Source of the DNA: Nageia nagi
Lineage: Eukaryota; Plantae; Pinophyta
DNA length: 64,000 bases
Reading direction: 5' to 3'
NCBI GenBank assembly: GCA_050084985.1
Contig: JBITNC010000002.1
Span: 34,720,001 to 34,784,000, forward strand
Notes under the pieces: model-generated
Told to the model about the DNA's origin: nothing
Databases searched by the model: none
What the model saw: the letters and a program-made list of their open reading frames with translations, nothing else
In this document: positions 52,001 through 64,000 of the stretch, in pieces
How the letters are laid out: each line of letters opens with the position of its first letter
How positions within the stretch are numbered: the first letter of the stretch is position 1
Program-made: the position numbers and the translations under genes

Positions 52001-53480
52001 ATCAATAACATGGTCAACTTGTCAAGTTTCAAACCTTATGACTGAGTATTATGCTTGAGCAAGTTGAGATTTAAGTTGTTATTAGCATAATAACATCATG
52101 ATGAATTGTTATTTACCATAAATTTAGAATAACAAAATAATTCTAAACAAGGTTTTAGAAATAGAAAAACTTAAATAACTACTATTGCATGATATGTATT
52201 GTCAAATATAAGTTTTGAAACATAAAATAAGTCTACCTTAATAGGATTTGTTTAGCCTATGAGATATCATATATGTTAGATATAATTATGATATGAATTT
52301 ATAGAGTAATTTATATCCTAATGATGCATGTTAAACCTTTGTTTCCAACTAAATTAAAGGGTATGTTTATGACCATCTTCTTAAAAATTAGATAATGTGC
52401 AATTATGCCTTAACCTAGTTAGTAATAGATGAGCATACATACTAATAGAGTCTTAGCATAAAATATAGAATGAGAAGTTAACTAAATTTATCTCTAAAGA
52501 ATAATTCATAAAAGGAAATTATAACATAAATGATATACTCTTAAGCAAGATTAATAATTGAATATTAATTGAAAGAGTTACAAATATAAACAACCAAGGA
52601 ATGCTCTTTGTTGCATGGATAATAGTTTGCCTAAATGTTGGTATTAAAGTATCTATAAAAGTAAAAAAGAAAAACATGTGCCTCTTTGGTTAAGACAAAG
52701 TGTGTTTTGGAGAGTGGGCACTTAAGAATATACAAGTGTGTGTGTTTCAAATCAATGGAGCATTTTGAAATGGAAGATTTATGAGGTCTTCAAAAGTCCT
52801 TGAAGGACTAAAAAAGATCTACAATATGAAAAATGATAAATATTGATTTTACTTTGTACAATTTCATCACATCTTTGGTTATGACTATATTTTTCCTCTA
52901 ATTTTTGTGAGGAACAAAATGGATTTTTACTCTGTTGCATAACCCAAATGGTTGATCATCTACCTAAACTATGTGAAATTTACCTTTATACTCAAACTTG
53001 ATACATAATTAAAGTGTGGAGGAAATTTCTCCATAACATGGATCCAAGGCCTTCCAAATAAGAGATTATATGGAAAATTCCCTTCCATCGCATAACATTT
53101 GGCTTTAATAATCTTTTGTTCTAACTAAATGTCAAATCCTTTGATATTCTGATGAAAGAAGGATATTTGATTATGGAGTCATGGTTGAATTTTACCAAGC
53201 AAGTCATGTAAGTATAAAAGATACAAACTGGATAGAGGGAAAATTATAATATATTAGAAAAATCTAAGAAATTATTCAGTTGGTTTATATATCATTCCAA
53301 TGTGTAGTATTTAAATGTAATTGTTTCAAATAATTTAATAGAAGAATAACCTTGTATGATTAACCTAATGGTTATTATGCTATTGAATCCCTATGTATTA
53401 GATAAAGAGCCTTATGTTTTACCAAAATATTGCATTCAAATATGTTTCATTCCAAATGTATTGGATAAGAAATGATGGTT
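49050..53480 (+). mobile_element. Highly decayed CACTA (En/Spm) TnpD-type transposase remnant
   Basis: FKFPS*PCLLAHHFDI at ~50200 (compare F.LPYW..L...H.LD.MHIEKN), CVVFKC at ~53300 and EPYVLPKYCIQICFIPNVLDKK*WFV at ~53407 (DUF4216-like). Termini not identified. Confidence 0.55.
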
Positions 53481-53833
53481 TGTAATTGTATTCTTTTAGA
53501 ATTACACTCTATGGGGTAATATTATATCATTCCTTATTCTTTCATTCTTTTCAATAAATCTTTCCTAACCCTCATTTCATCTTCCCCTTTCATATGTATT
53601 TAGCTTTTTGTCAATATTGTGTCAAGTCTAAAGAGTTTTGGGTGTTATCAATAACTAGCTATTATTTATATATGTGTTATCCTTAGGTATTTTGTTCCAA
53701 AAGGTCTAATTACTATCTAGCAAGTATTATGGAAATCCTTGGGAACTATGTGTATAGAAGATTCATCATTCATGAAAATTTTGTCTAATTCACGATCGAG
53801 AACAATGTACCATTTTCGAATAGTATTGTAATA

Positions 53834-55257
53834 TGTAAGGGAAGTAAGTGTTTAAGTAAATTCCAAGAGTTATTGTAAATATAAGTTTAAGAGTTGTTAT
53901 AGATATAAGTTCGGGTCATGTCTAGATCTCGAGTAGGTGATATCATAGAACCTGCCATTCTTCAGGAGGTCTTGAACCAATAATGAAAATTTGTAGGGGA
54001 TGTTGCAAGTTGATCAATTAGGGCCCACCAATTTTCAGTAATGAAGTCACCATTTTTGTGTGAAATTAGAGGGTCCTAAAATAAGCAATAACTTGCACTA
54101 TTTCATTTAATGAGAGATATTTCATAAAAGATAAAATGGAACCCATCGATTTTGAGCAATGATGTTATAATTTTTAGCTAAAATCAACAAGTCCCAAAAT
54201 AATGAATGGCGAGAAGTACCACACTAGTAGGCGCTATCATATTCAACAAAAGATACTACATGAAGGTAATCAAATAAAACCTATCAATTTCTAATGATGA
54301 CATCACACCTACCTAAAATCCATGGGTGCTAAGAGAAACCTAATCATCATTATAGCCTGGTAAAGAGAAAGAGCACTCATCAGATTGATAGAAGAATAAT
54401 GGGTAAGAAGTAACATCTGAGTCCACTTGATCATAAGTGTTTGACCCCCAGGGCTCTATCAATGTGTTGAATACGACTCATTTTCACATGAAAGTGGTAG
54501 TTTCTTCTTAGAATTAAATAATATACTATTCATTACCTCCATTATTCCATGCAACTAGAAATACAGTGCTAATCATTAATGGTTACAGAGAAGTAGATAG
54601 CTACTGATAGGGCACAGTGCTAGATCGTACAAATCAAGTTCTAAACAAATGCATCTTCAATTAGCTACAAAGCCAAGAGAATACAATCAATGATAAATTA
54701 GGAAGATTACGACTCAATGAGTATGACAACTCAAAAATTTCAAATTCTTAGACTATGGCATTGTTGGTACTTATTTTATTGTGTAATTTAACATAGTTGT
54801 GATATTAATTATAAATAGTTTTCCTTATTGTTTTCAATCAAGAGGAGTATTTATGTATATTAATGATAGACAACCACCCAAGAGGGAGTGTAAATACATA
54901 AATAGTGGACTATTATAAGTTCAAATGGTTGAACATTCTAACAAATTTGCCCAAATCTATAATATGCTTTTGTATATGATAATACAAGTTGATAATGCTT
55001 TGCCCTTTGCAATAAGTGACTATCTATTACGCTTTGTGAATGTTATGTATGATATTATATCTTAAGTTATGGTTGTGTATTGTGATTGCGAGACCCTAAG
55101 GGTAAGATAGTTTGCTATTCTTAATCTTGGCCATGGATTACAACCTATGCTACAATGCCTAGGCTATTTAGTTTAATTTTCTTTCAATTTAATGTATTCA
55201 TCTATTTCCTATTACTTTTATCATTTTATCTCTTTCCTACTACTTTCAACCTTTACA
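53834..55257 (+). repeat. Probable 5' LTR of the Tat element
   Basis: TGTAAGGG...CCTTTACA near-inverted termini upstream of gag; the PBS is degenerate. Confidence 0.45.
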
Positions 55258-55795
55258 ATAGATACGAACCAACCTACAAATAGAAGATTGAGTAAAAAAC
55301 CAACATGAACATATTCCCACCATCTTCTGCTCTTTCAAAGATCCTACTATTGTAGGCAATGGAGAACTTGATCAAACCAAACCCTTGAGGTTACATCATA
55401 CTGATCAATAGTAGAAAAATTCATTTTTTGCATTCTCGATGGTACCCAAACTAAATCCCATATTTAGTGACATAAATAGGCTACATAGCTATGTTTTGTA
55501 AGTTATCAACTAGATCTTTCAAAGATTTTAAGGTTTTCATCACCTTATTGGTGATTTTACTATCAACCAGTCAATATTTTGAACCTTGGCACCTCCAAAA
55601 TGTAGACTTACTAGAAGTAGTGCCAAATATTCCCTCAGATAGCCTAGATTTCAAGAGTTGTTAATTCCTCACAAGAGGACTAGGTGAAAGATTTCCCATA
55701 TTATATCCCCTAAAATTCCCTTAAGGGTTATCCTATTATCAACTGTATTTAATTCAACCCTAAAAAATCCTTCACCTAATTCAACTACTCCAAGC

Positions 55796-58700
55796 ATGGC
55801 TCAACTTGCTCCTATTGATTTTCCTACTTGGAATAATGGACATCCTTTGGTAGCTACTACTAATTCATCAGCTATTCTGAAAGTAGCTTTCAAAATTTTG
55901 CCCAAATATGATGGATCTGGTAAAACACCATATGAAAACTATCAAGATGTCTCTCTACTGGTTTCAATATTTGATATCATTGATGAAATGATGATGAATA
56001 TATTGTTATCACACTCTTTGAAGGAAAAGTAGCAAATGGTTTAGAATTCTTACCCTTTGATCTATAAATACATGAGGAGAGTTATGTTAGAATTTAATCA
56101 AAAGATTTACCATAGATGGTGATGCTAGTACCTTCCTTAGCCTTGTAGCATGTACCAAAAGACACCCTCATGAGTCTATTGATGATTTCAATATCAGATT
56201 TGAGAAAACATGGAAATCTATTCCAGTAAGGATTAGACCAATAGATGCACAAGCTCTAGTTTATTATAGGAAATCTTTTCTACCAAATCTTAATATGCTA
56301 ATTGTTATGTTAAGATATGCTTTCCTAGATGTTTACCAGATAACCAAAACTTCTAAACATACTTTGGTGTCCTCTTGAAAGATGCAACCAAGAACCATTA
56401 TGCCCTTATATCCTAATTTGCCTCCTAAATAAGCCCTATAAATTGCTCATCCAAGAGTGTTAGCCTTACCATGCCTTCTAAACCTATTATTTAAAATCAA
56501 GTACTAGCTCTACTTACCCTCGTGTCTATAAGTAAAAATATTGATTCTAAATCTCAAGAGGAAGAGAGGATAAGGCAATTTTAGGTAACTATTAGGAATC
56601 TTACCAATAAGCTCACTCTACAAGAGAGGCAAAATCAAGGGTTTAACTATAGAATATATGATAATCAATATCAACCTAAATTTTACCCTAGAAATAACCT
56701 ACCAGAATAGACTAATGCTCCTAAAGTGATTGAAAATGCAGTTATGATAAGTTTTGCAGAGAGTGATGCTTTGGGCATTATAGAATGGTACCCTCCATAT
56801 TCAGCTCCTCATCTTCTAGACTCATGTGCCATCTATCTACACCAGTACTTGGACATATATTTAGATCAATGGTGGAACCTACACTAGATCCTACTATTGA
56901 CCTTACCATGGTCAATTTTTGGCTTCTAGGATATGTTAGAGAACGAGCCAACTGTATTTAAACTAGAGCTTCTTCTTCAATAACCCCACAACAACCCCAA
57001 GTCACTTAGAAAAATCAACAACCCATTCTAGTGTAGTATAAACCAAAAAGAGCCAAGGCTCTTATGATCCAACCTAAGAATCAAGGAAATGAATTTTCTA
57101 AATGTCCAAGTCATATTTCTTAGAATCCAAACAATATTGCCCCTACAACTACACATCCCCCTATGACTAGAAAAGAAGTCTTGAATAAGGAGAGGCCTCA
57201 TCGATTGAGATATCCTTTCATTATAGATCCTCATAAGGAAAAGGCTACTCAACAATTTAAAACACATCAACCAACTTAAACAAGTAAGTTTGTTCCATAT
57301 GCTCCATATAATATTATGAAAGAACTGAAGAAAACAACTTCAAAAATGACCATGTTTGATGCATTAAGGATTCCAGGTAAGATGTGCCTTTTGTAAGAAG
57401 CTTTGAAGTTAAAAATAATAAGAAAAGGGTAAGTGAGGATAATGTTGTCTTTGCAATATCTAATGATGTCCCTCCAACTCCCATAGGTATAAGGATAGCC
57501 CCACCTTTTTATCTCTCTATGAGATTAGAAGGTTGGATAGTTAATAACTGCATGATAGATATCGAAGCTACTATTACCATGATTCCAAAAGCAATTACAA
57601 ATGAAATGAAAGTGTATATCAATAGATGCATTGATGGTGTCATACAATTAGATTCTTTCTCTATAGATATTGTTGATAGTGTTAAAGGAGTTCCAATAAC
57701 TCTAAATGCATTCCATAATATTTATTTCATTCAAGATATTATTATCATTGATCTTCCACCTCTATTTGGAATCTACTTATCTAAAGAATTTACTACCAAA
57801 TTAAGAGGTTACTTAGCTTTATATTATACACATTTTCTACTTCCTTTCCAAAATAAATAAGTTAAGATTCAAAATGAGGGCACCAAAAGTGTTCATCTTA
57901 AGAAGATCATATAACAGAACTATTTGAATGGCCTTGAACCTATTGAAGTGCTTGAAAGAGATACACTTAGGGAAACACTGCTAATAATTAAAATTTTTCA
58001 GCTAATGATCTAAATTATCAGGTCACAGATTTTGGTATGGGAAATTATTATTTATATGAAAATATGCAACCAATATTAGTCACAAATGAAAGGGAGCATG
58101 AGGTATGGAAAATGTTCTTTGATGGACCTAGATGTAAATATGGATGTGGAGCTAGTGTTGTATTTAAATCACCAGAGGATTATATAAAGAGATTCTCATT
58201 CAAATTCACATGGATTTGCATAAATAATGTTATTGAATATGAAGCCCTTTATTTAGGGTTATCTAAAGTAATTAGTATGGGTATTAAATGTCTAATTATG
58301 CATGGTAATTTAGAATTGGTCATAAAGTAAGTTAGAAATCATATTAGTGCAAAACATCACTATCTAAAGACCTATACGAAGAGGGTATGGGATTTAATGG
58401 AGTCATTCTTGGCTCTCAATTTTATATCTATTCATATGAGGTACAACCAAATAGCTGATGCACTTGCTAGCAAAGGGGCTCATTATAATCCTACTCATTA
58501 CAAAAGAGGAAGCCTTGGAGTCAAATTTTAATGTAGGCCATCAATGCCTAATGCCATAAAGTTTTGGTAAGTATTTGACTTTGATGAGCATATTATGAAT
58601 TTCCTATTGGATAGTAACTCACACCTTTGGTACTCAAGAATTGTCTGACTACTTCCAGGAGTTAGATGTGATTCAATTCAGAAATAATATCATACAAAAA

Positions 58701-61197
58701 GGTCTACTCTTTTGAAAGACTATTTGATTCAAAAGATGTTCAAAAATACAAATCTATGATCATTCAAAAAGAAAGCCATATTGAGCTAGAAGTAGCACTC
58801 AAAAGATATATAAAGGTTGGATCAAACTACTCTAATGAAGAAAAAAGATCCTATTTTAGATTTATCATCAATTCTTAAAAGTAATTACTTGGAATTATGA
58901 TGACCTAAATACATATTAAAAAAATATCATCTAGCACACCATTGAGCTTGAACTAGAGGCTAAACCATATAGGCAAAAACAAAGGTTAGTCAACCCAAAA
59001 ATAGAAGAAGCCATGAATCAAGAATTGATTAAATTGCTTGATTCAAAAATTATTTATCCTATTAAGCATTCTCCTAGGGTTGCAAATTTAGTCCCTGTTA
59101 GAAAGAAGAGTGGGAAGATCAGACTATGTGTAGATTTTAGAAATCTGAAGCAAGTATCTCTTAAGGATAATTATCCTCTTCCTCCTATGGAACAAATCTT
59201 GCATACAGTAACTGGAGCTTGCTACTTTTCAATGATTAATGGCTACTTAAGATTTAAGAAGATATAGATAAAGGATGAGAATCAATACAAAGCCTCATTC
59301 ACAACCAAATGTGGGATATTTGCTTTTCAAAGAATGCCCTTTGATCTTTCTAATACAGGAGCTATCTTTCAAAGAGCCATGGACCATGCATTTAGTGATA
59401 TGATAAATAAGAATATCTTGGTTTATCTAGATGATATCACAATATTTTCTAAGAGTAGAGAAGATCATTTACAATATCTTAGACAAGTATTTGAAAAAAT
59501 GTGAGGAGTTTAGAATGTCAATCAATCCCAAAAAGTCTATTTTTATGGTTAACCAAGGAAAATTACTTTTACATATTATCTCAGAAAAGGGATTGGTAAT
59601 TGACTAGATAGAGTGAAAGCTATTGAAGCATTACCACTCCCTTCCAATAAGAATGCCTTGAAATCATTCCTTGGTCAAATCAATTTTGTTAGAAAATTCA
59701 TCAATGATTTTACTAAAATAGTATCTTCAATCATTGCAATGTTGAAAAAAGATGTTATATTTTCTTGATTAAAAGAAGCAAAATAAACTTTTTATAACAT
59801 TAAAAGAGCCATAACAGAAGCTGCTATTTTAAAAAATATTAATTTTTCAAAATATTTTATTATGTATGCATATGGAGCAAAGAAAAGCATTGCTGCAATT
59901 CTAGCATAAAAAGATGACAAGCAAGAAGATCATCTGATTACCTTCCATAGCCAAACATTGCACCAACATCAAAAAAGGTATTCACTTATTGAAAAATAAG
60001 TGTTTTTCATAATGAAAGGACTTAATAAGTTTAAGCATTATATGTCCCATAACAAGATCCTTATATTCACTATCCATCCTAATGTGAAGAATTATGTCAT
60101 ACAAGGAGAATTGGGTGAAGAAAAAATGGGTTGGATCACTAAGATAATGGAATATGATGTAGAAATCAAACCAAACAGACTTATCAAAGGTAGGGCTCTA
60201 TGTGAAAATATAGTAGAAGCCTCACACATGATTGCTATCATAAAGGATGAATAATATCTTAATCAAGAGAGTGACCAGATAAAATAAATTATTTTTTATT
60301 TTCAAACTAGTAAATATCATGAATCTCTAGATAGGTTTCAAAGAAGGAGATTTAGGTTGTAAGATTTAAAGTTTGTAATGATATATGATCATATTTATAG
60401 GAAAAATTTTGATCAAACCTTATTAATATATGTAACTCATGATGAATCCCATAGAATATTGCATAAATTTTATTATGGATTCTCTAGAGGAAATTATAGT
60501 GGACCAACAACTATAGCAAAAGTATTATTTTAGACAATGGTTCTACATTCATTGGAGCTAATTTATAGACTTTGTTGTTGAGTATAGGATCTATTAGTTG
60601 TTCTCCTCAATTTATTATCTATAGGGTAATGGGTTAGCTGAGTCAACTAACAAGAACCTGAACTAGATCATTAAAAGAACAATTGAAGGGAATTCTAGAT
60701 AATGGTATACATAGTTGGACTATGCATTATTAATAGACATGATAAGTATCAAATCAGCTATTAAAACATCACCTTATGCATTAGTATACAGTAAAAGACC
60801 CATGTTACTAATTCACCTTAAGTTATTGACATTAAAGTTTCTGCAAACAATGGAAGATTATGACTTTAAACCATTGCAAGAAAGGTTTAATCAACTTATT
60901 AAGTTGGAGGAAGATCTAAATAAAATATATGAATCTTTTTAGCATCAATAATAGATAGTCAAGAACTAGTTTGACAAGAATAAGTCTTCCTAGGTGAAGT
61001 TTAAAATAGGGTACATCATCCTCAAATAGGATGAGGAAAGAGCAAAGCATGAGAGACATCAAAAGTTTGAGTCCCTATGGAGTGGGCCCTATATCATCAC
61101 TCAAGCCATGCAAAATAATGCATTCAAATTACAAGATATCATCAAGTCCCATGAACTACCTATCCTAGTCAACGAGATTTATTTGAAGCATTACTAG
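55796..61197 (+). mobile_element. Degenerate Ty3/gypsy Tat element gag-pol with order gag-PR-aRH-RT-RH-INT (TatII-like)
   Basis: gag LPKYDGSG (55796), protease NCMIDIEAT (57384 ORF), RNase HI-like WKMFFDG..NNVIEYEAL..HGN.ELV (58037 ORF) located before RT (VANLVPVRKKSGKIRLCVDFRNL; VYLDD). Then RH (GWITKIMEYD..IKGRAL) and INT (GNGLAESTNKNL; WSGPY), with an internal deletion in INT. Confidence 0.9.
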
Positions 61198-61729
61198 GTG
61201 ATAGAGTGATTTCATAACACCCATAAAAAATGTATAATGTATATAGCAAAAAAAAATTACCTTATGTTTGTACATCCTTTAAGACTAACACATTCTCCAA
61301 GAAGGTAGGTAGCTATTAATGTTGAGCATCAATTTGACATGGTATAGATTAGCATTGATGCATTACCAAGCCTTTAATCGATATGGCATCATTTAATGTA
61401 AGATTTTCTTGGATATCTCAAACCACCACACCTTACCTTAATTTAAATTTGGTGCACTCCAAGCTTATCCATTCTAACCTGTTGCCCACCAATCCATATA
61501 ATGCATGGATTTTGAGACCCCCAAGCATTAACTACCATTAATAAATATCTATCACAAGCCTTGGATGAATGAAACATTCCCCTTACCTCCCTATGCAACA
61601 TTCAGTCATTTTGAGTGCACAATATTTTGAAGCAACCAGAGCCTAGAGTTTATACAACAAATTCAATAAGGGAGGAAAGAGTAGGAGGAACACTTCATAA
61701 AAAATTCAAGGTTCTTAATGCAAACTCAA

Positions 61730-64000
61730 GGTTCTAAAATGATCATAGACACCATGATGACATCCAAACTATCAACTCTAGCTGAGTTTGAGCAGGTAGA
61801 TGCTAACTTGATTTCCATCCAAAATAAATACCTTGAGAATGCTCATAGAGTGAACTAGACTGAAATGGGGGTAATAAATCACATTGATATATGGAGGGTT
61901 TATCCCAAATCAATCCTACTACAACATATGAAGCTTGAGGTTGTAGGTAGAGGGAAGTCATTGGTGAACTCAAAAGAAAGATGTCATGATCGACTAGGGC
62001 TTGGCTTATTATGTGCCCTATGAGTTATTCACTTACCTCGAGCTATTATATTCGATGGAACACAGGCATAGCCAACAAAATTATGAGATAGTGGTATTCA
62101 AATACCAATAATAAAAATGAGTGTTTGAGTCAAAAGCAAAATTGATACTTGACTACTCCCTTGAGTCCATTGTTCAAGCATTTACCATTCCAACTGATTG
62201 GATATTTCATGTGAAAAAATAGATTTACTTAAAAAGAGAAAATGATGATTTTTATAGGAATGATGATGAAATGCTGAATTAGATAGATGAAATTTACCAA
62301 GGAAACAAGACTACAAAGCTCTAGTCAAACTATGAAGTTACCTTGTTTGAGAAGGCATGTGATAGAAAAGTGCTACAAGCATTGGTAATTATCCTAGGAA
62401 AGAAGACCTAAATTGAAGTAGACAAAGCCATGGTGAGGATGACTTATAATATTACAAAAATACATGTTTGTTATGAATTCCTCACTTTCATCTTGAATGA
62501 GATAAGAAGATGTCTTTTTAAAATTCAAAAATTAGATTTCTAGCATTCTTGATATCTTTGGTGGCTCCTAATCCATCAAAATCTTGAAAAGTTGGTGGAA
62601 GTAGGCCTACAAATGTAGCCTGGTACCTTAAGCACTAGACTAGCCTTGATTGATTTGAGGATCCCAATATTAACCAAATTGCATGGGTCATATTATGAGT
62701 TCATGGATAAATTCTATGCATCAATGGTGCAAATTATAATCAAAAAGCATCTTAGCAGACTGCACTAGAGCATCATATAGGAGCTGCAAGGGGGAAACAA
62801 AATTGATTATTAGGATTTTCTCAAGGATTGCACTATAATTATTAGATATGGATATTTTGAAAATCCCTTTTTCCTACCTAAGTATGTAACTACCCAATTT
62901 TATTCTATAGAGATGGGTAGACAAATGTTTGCTATAGAGACTAAGGGTAGTTTTAAATCCATTATAGATATATCGACTACTACTAAAAATATTAGTTTAT
63001 TAGAATTAGGGTGTAAAGATAGCATAGTTGATTTTATTGTACAAAATTTTAAACTAGTTATGGAAGAAGCCCTTGGATGTATGATCTTTCAGGGGAAATG
63101 ATAAAAGTGATTAGGTCAGGCAAGAAGTGCCCAATATTTTCTCATGAGCATAGACCTCATGTAGAATATTTTATGAATCAAATTGAGCAAGAAGTCAAAG
63201 CATCACTAGAATGGGAATTTAGACCTCTTAATAAGGCCTAGATGGCCCTTGAAGGGATCAAAAGATATAGGAATTAGGAAAATAGATGGCAAGATTTTGC
63301 CTTAAGTTAGGAGTTACTCACCCAGTTGATAGATTTGGGTTGGGGACTCAATAAAATTCATTATTTCACAAAGTTTAGATTTGAACACACCATAAAGATT
63401 CTTCATGTTGAAAATCAATTGTTTGGTAAGTTTAGTTATGAAAATTACTAGGAGCTAGAGTATTCTAAATACCCCTTTCTAGAATTGGGTAAACCTCTTC
63501 CTCCAAATTTTCAAGAAAAATCAATTGTAGGAATAAGAGAAATAGAGATTGAAGAATCATTTGGATCAAAACAACTGGTAAGGAGTAAGAAATAAGATCT
63601 ATCAAAGATAGTCATTGCTTCATGGGAACCCTCCCCAAAAAGAAGAAGAAGAATTCAAACATTGGCATAATAACAACAAGACCCAAAAAAAGAGGAAAAG
63701 CTGGCAAATAAACCTGGCACTTCATAGCCTCAGGCATAAAGGATTTAACCTTTAGCTCCAAAACCTAGTGAAGAAATATCAAAGGCTATCATAAAGGAAA
63801 TAAAAATGTTTGATGCAAAGGATACATAAAAGCTATAGGATACAAATGTCATTGCCTTGGAAGAAGTTCCAAAAAAGAAGGAGAGGGAGATTCAACAAGG
63901 TAGAGGTAATGTTCTTGGAATAGGTGGTTCCATAGTAGTTGCACTTAGAGGCAGAGCAAGGGATGATGATGAATCTAAAAAAAAAAGACTTTGACCTAAT
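61730..64000 (+). mobile_element. Decayed extra ORF downstream of the Tat integrase, continuing beyond the window
   Basis: Long codon-like, sense-strand stretch with scattered stops (..YLWWLLIHQN.., ..IRYGYFENPFFLPKYVTTQFISIEMGRQMFAIE..) and a Lys/Glu-rich tail. No 3' LTR in the window. Confidence 0.55.

Overview
AT-rich plant nuclear DNA, most likely from a large-genome gymnosperm. The clues are multi-kb TE-filled introns and a Tat-type Ty3/gypsy element with its extra RNase H placed upstream of RT. No prokaryotic features are present. Two host genes lie on the minus strand. (1) A 7-exon 60S ribosomal protein L7a/eL8 gene (30729-32572) has telo-boxes and a single +1 frameshift. (2) An aldo-keto reductase (AKR13/IN2-2/perakine-reductase-like) pseudogene has four visible exons spread over 10750-23772, carrying two frameshifts and a nonsense codon. 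Its 5' end is lost and replaced by an exact 24-bp copy of an RPL7a exon end. The rest is nested transposons of different ages: a LINE/gypsy composite (1.2-9.8 kb), a near-intact 5.27-kb Ty1/copia element with 99.4%-identical LTRs and a TSD, a solo LTR with a TSD, a MULE-like TIR element with gene-like cargo, and tRNA-derived SINEs. Further right are a 1.9-kb ORF1-only LINE bounded by a 20-bp TSD and split by an Ogre/Retand-type element, copia, chromovirus and CACTA remnants, and a decayed Tat element with a large extra 3' ORF running off the window. I see no evidence for a wholly new functional system. The most unusual signals are the RPL7a-derived filler at the broken AKR 5' end and the ORF1-only (HAL1-like) LINE.
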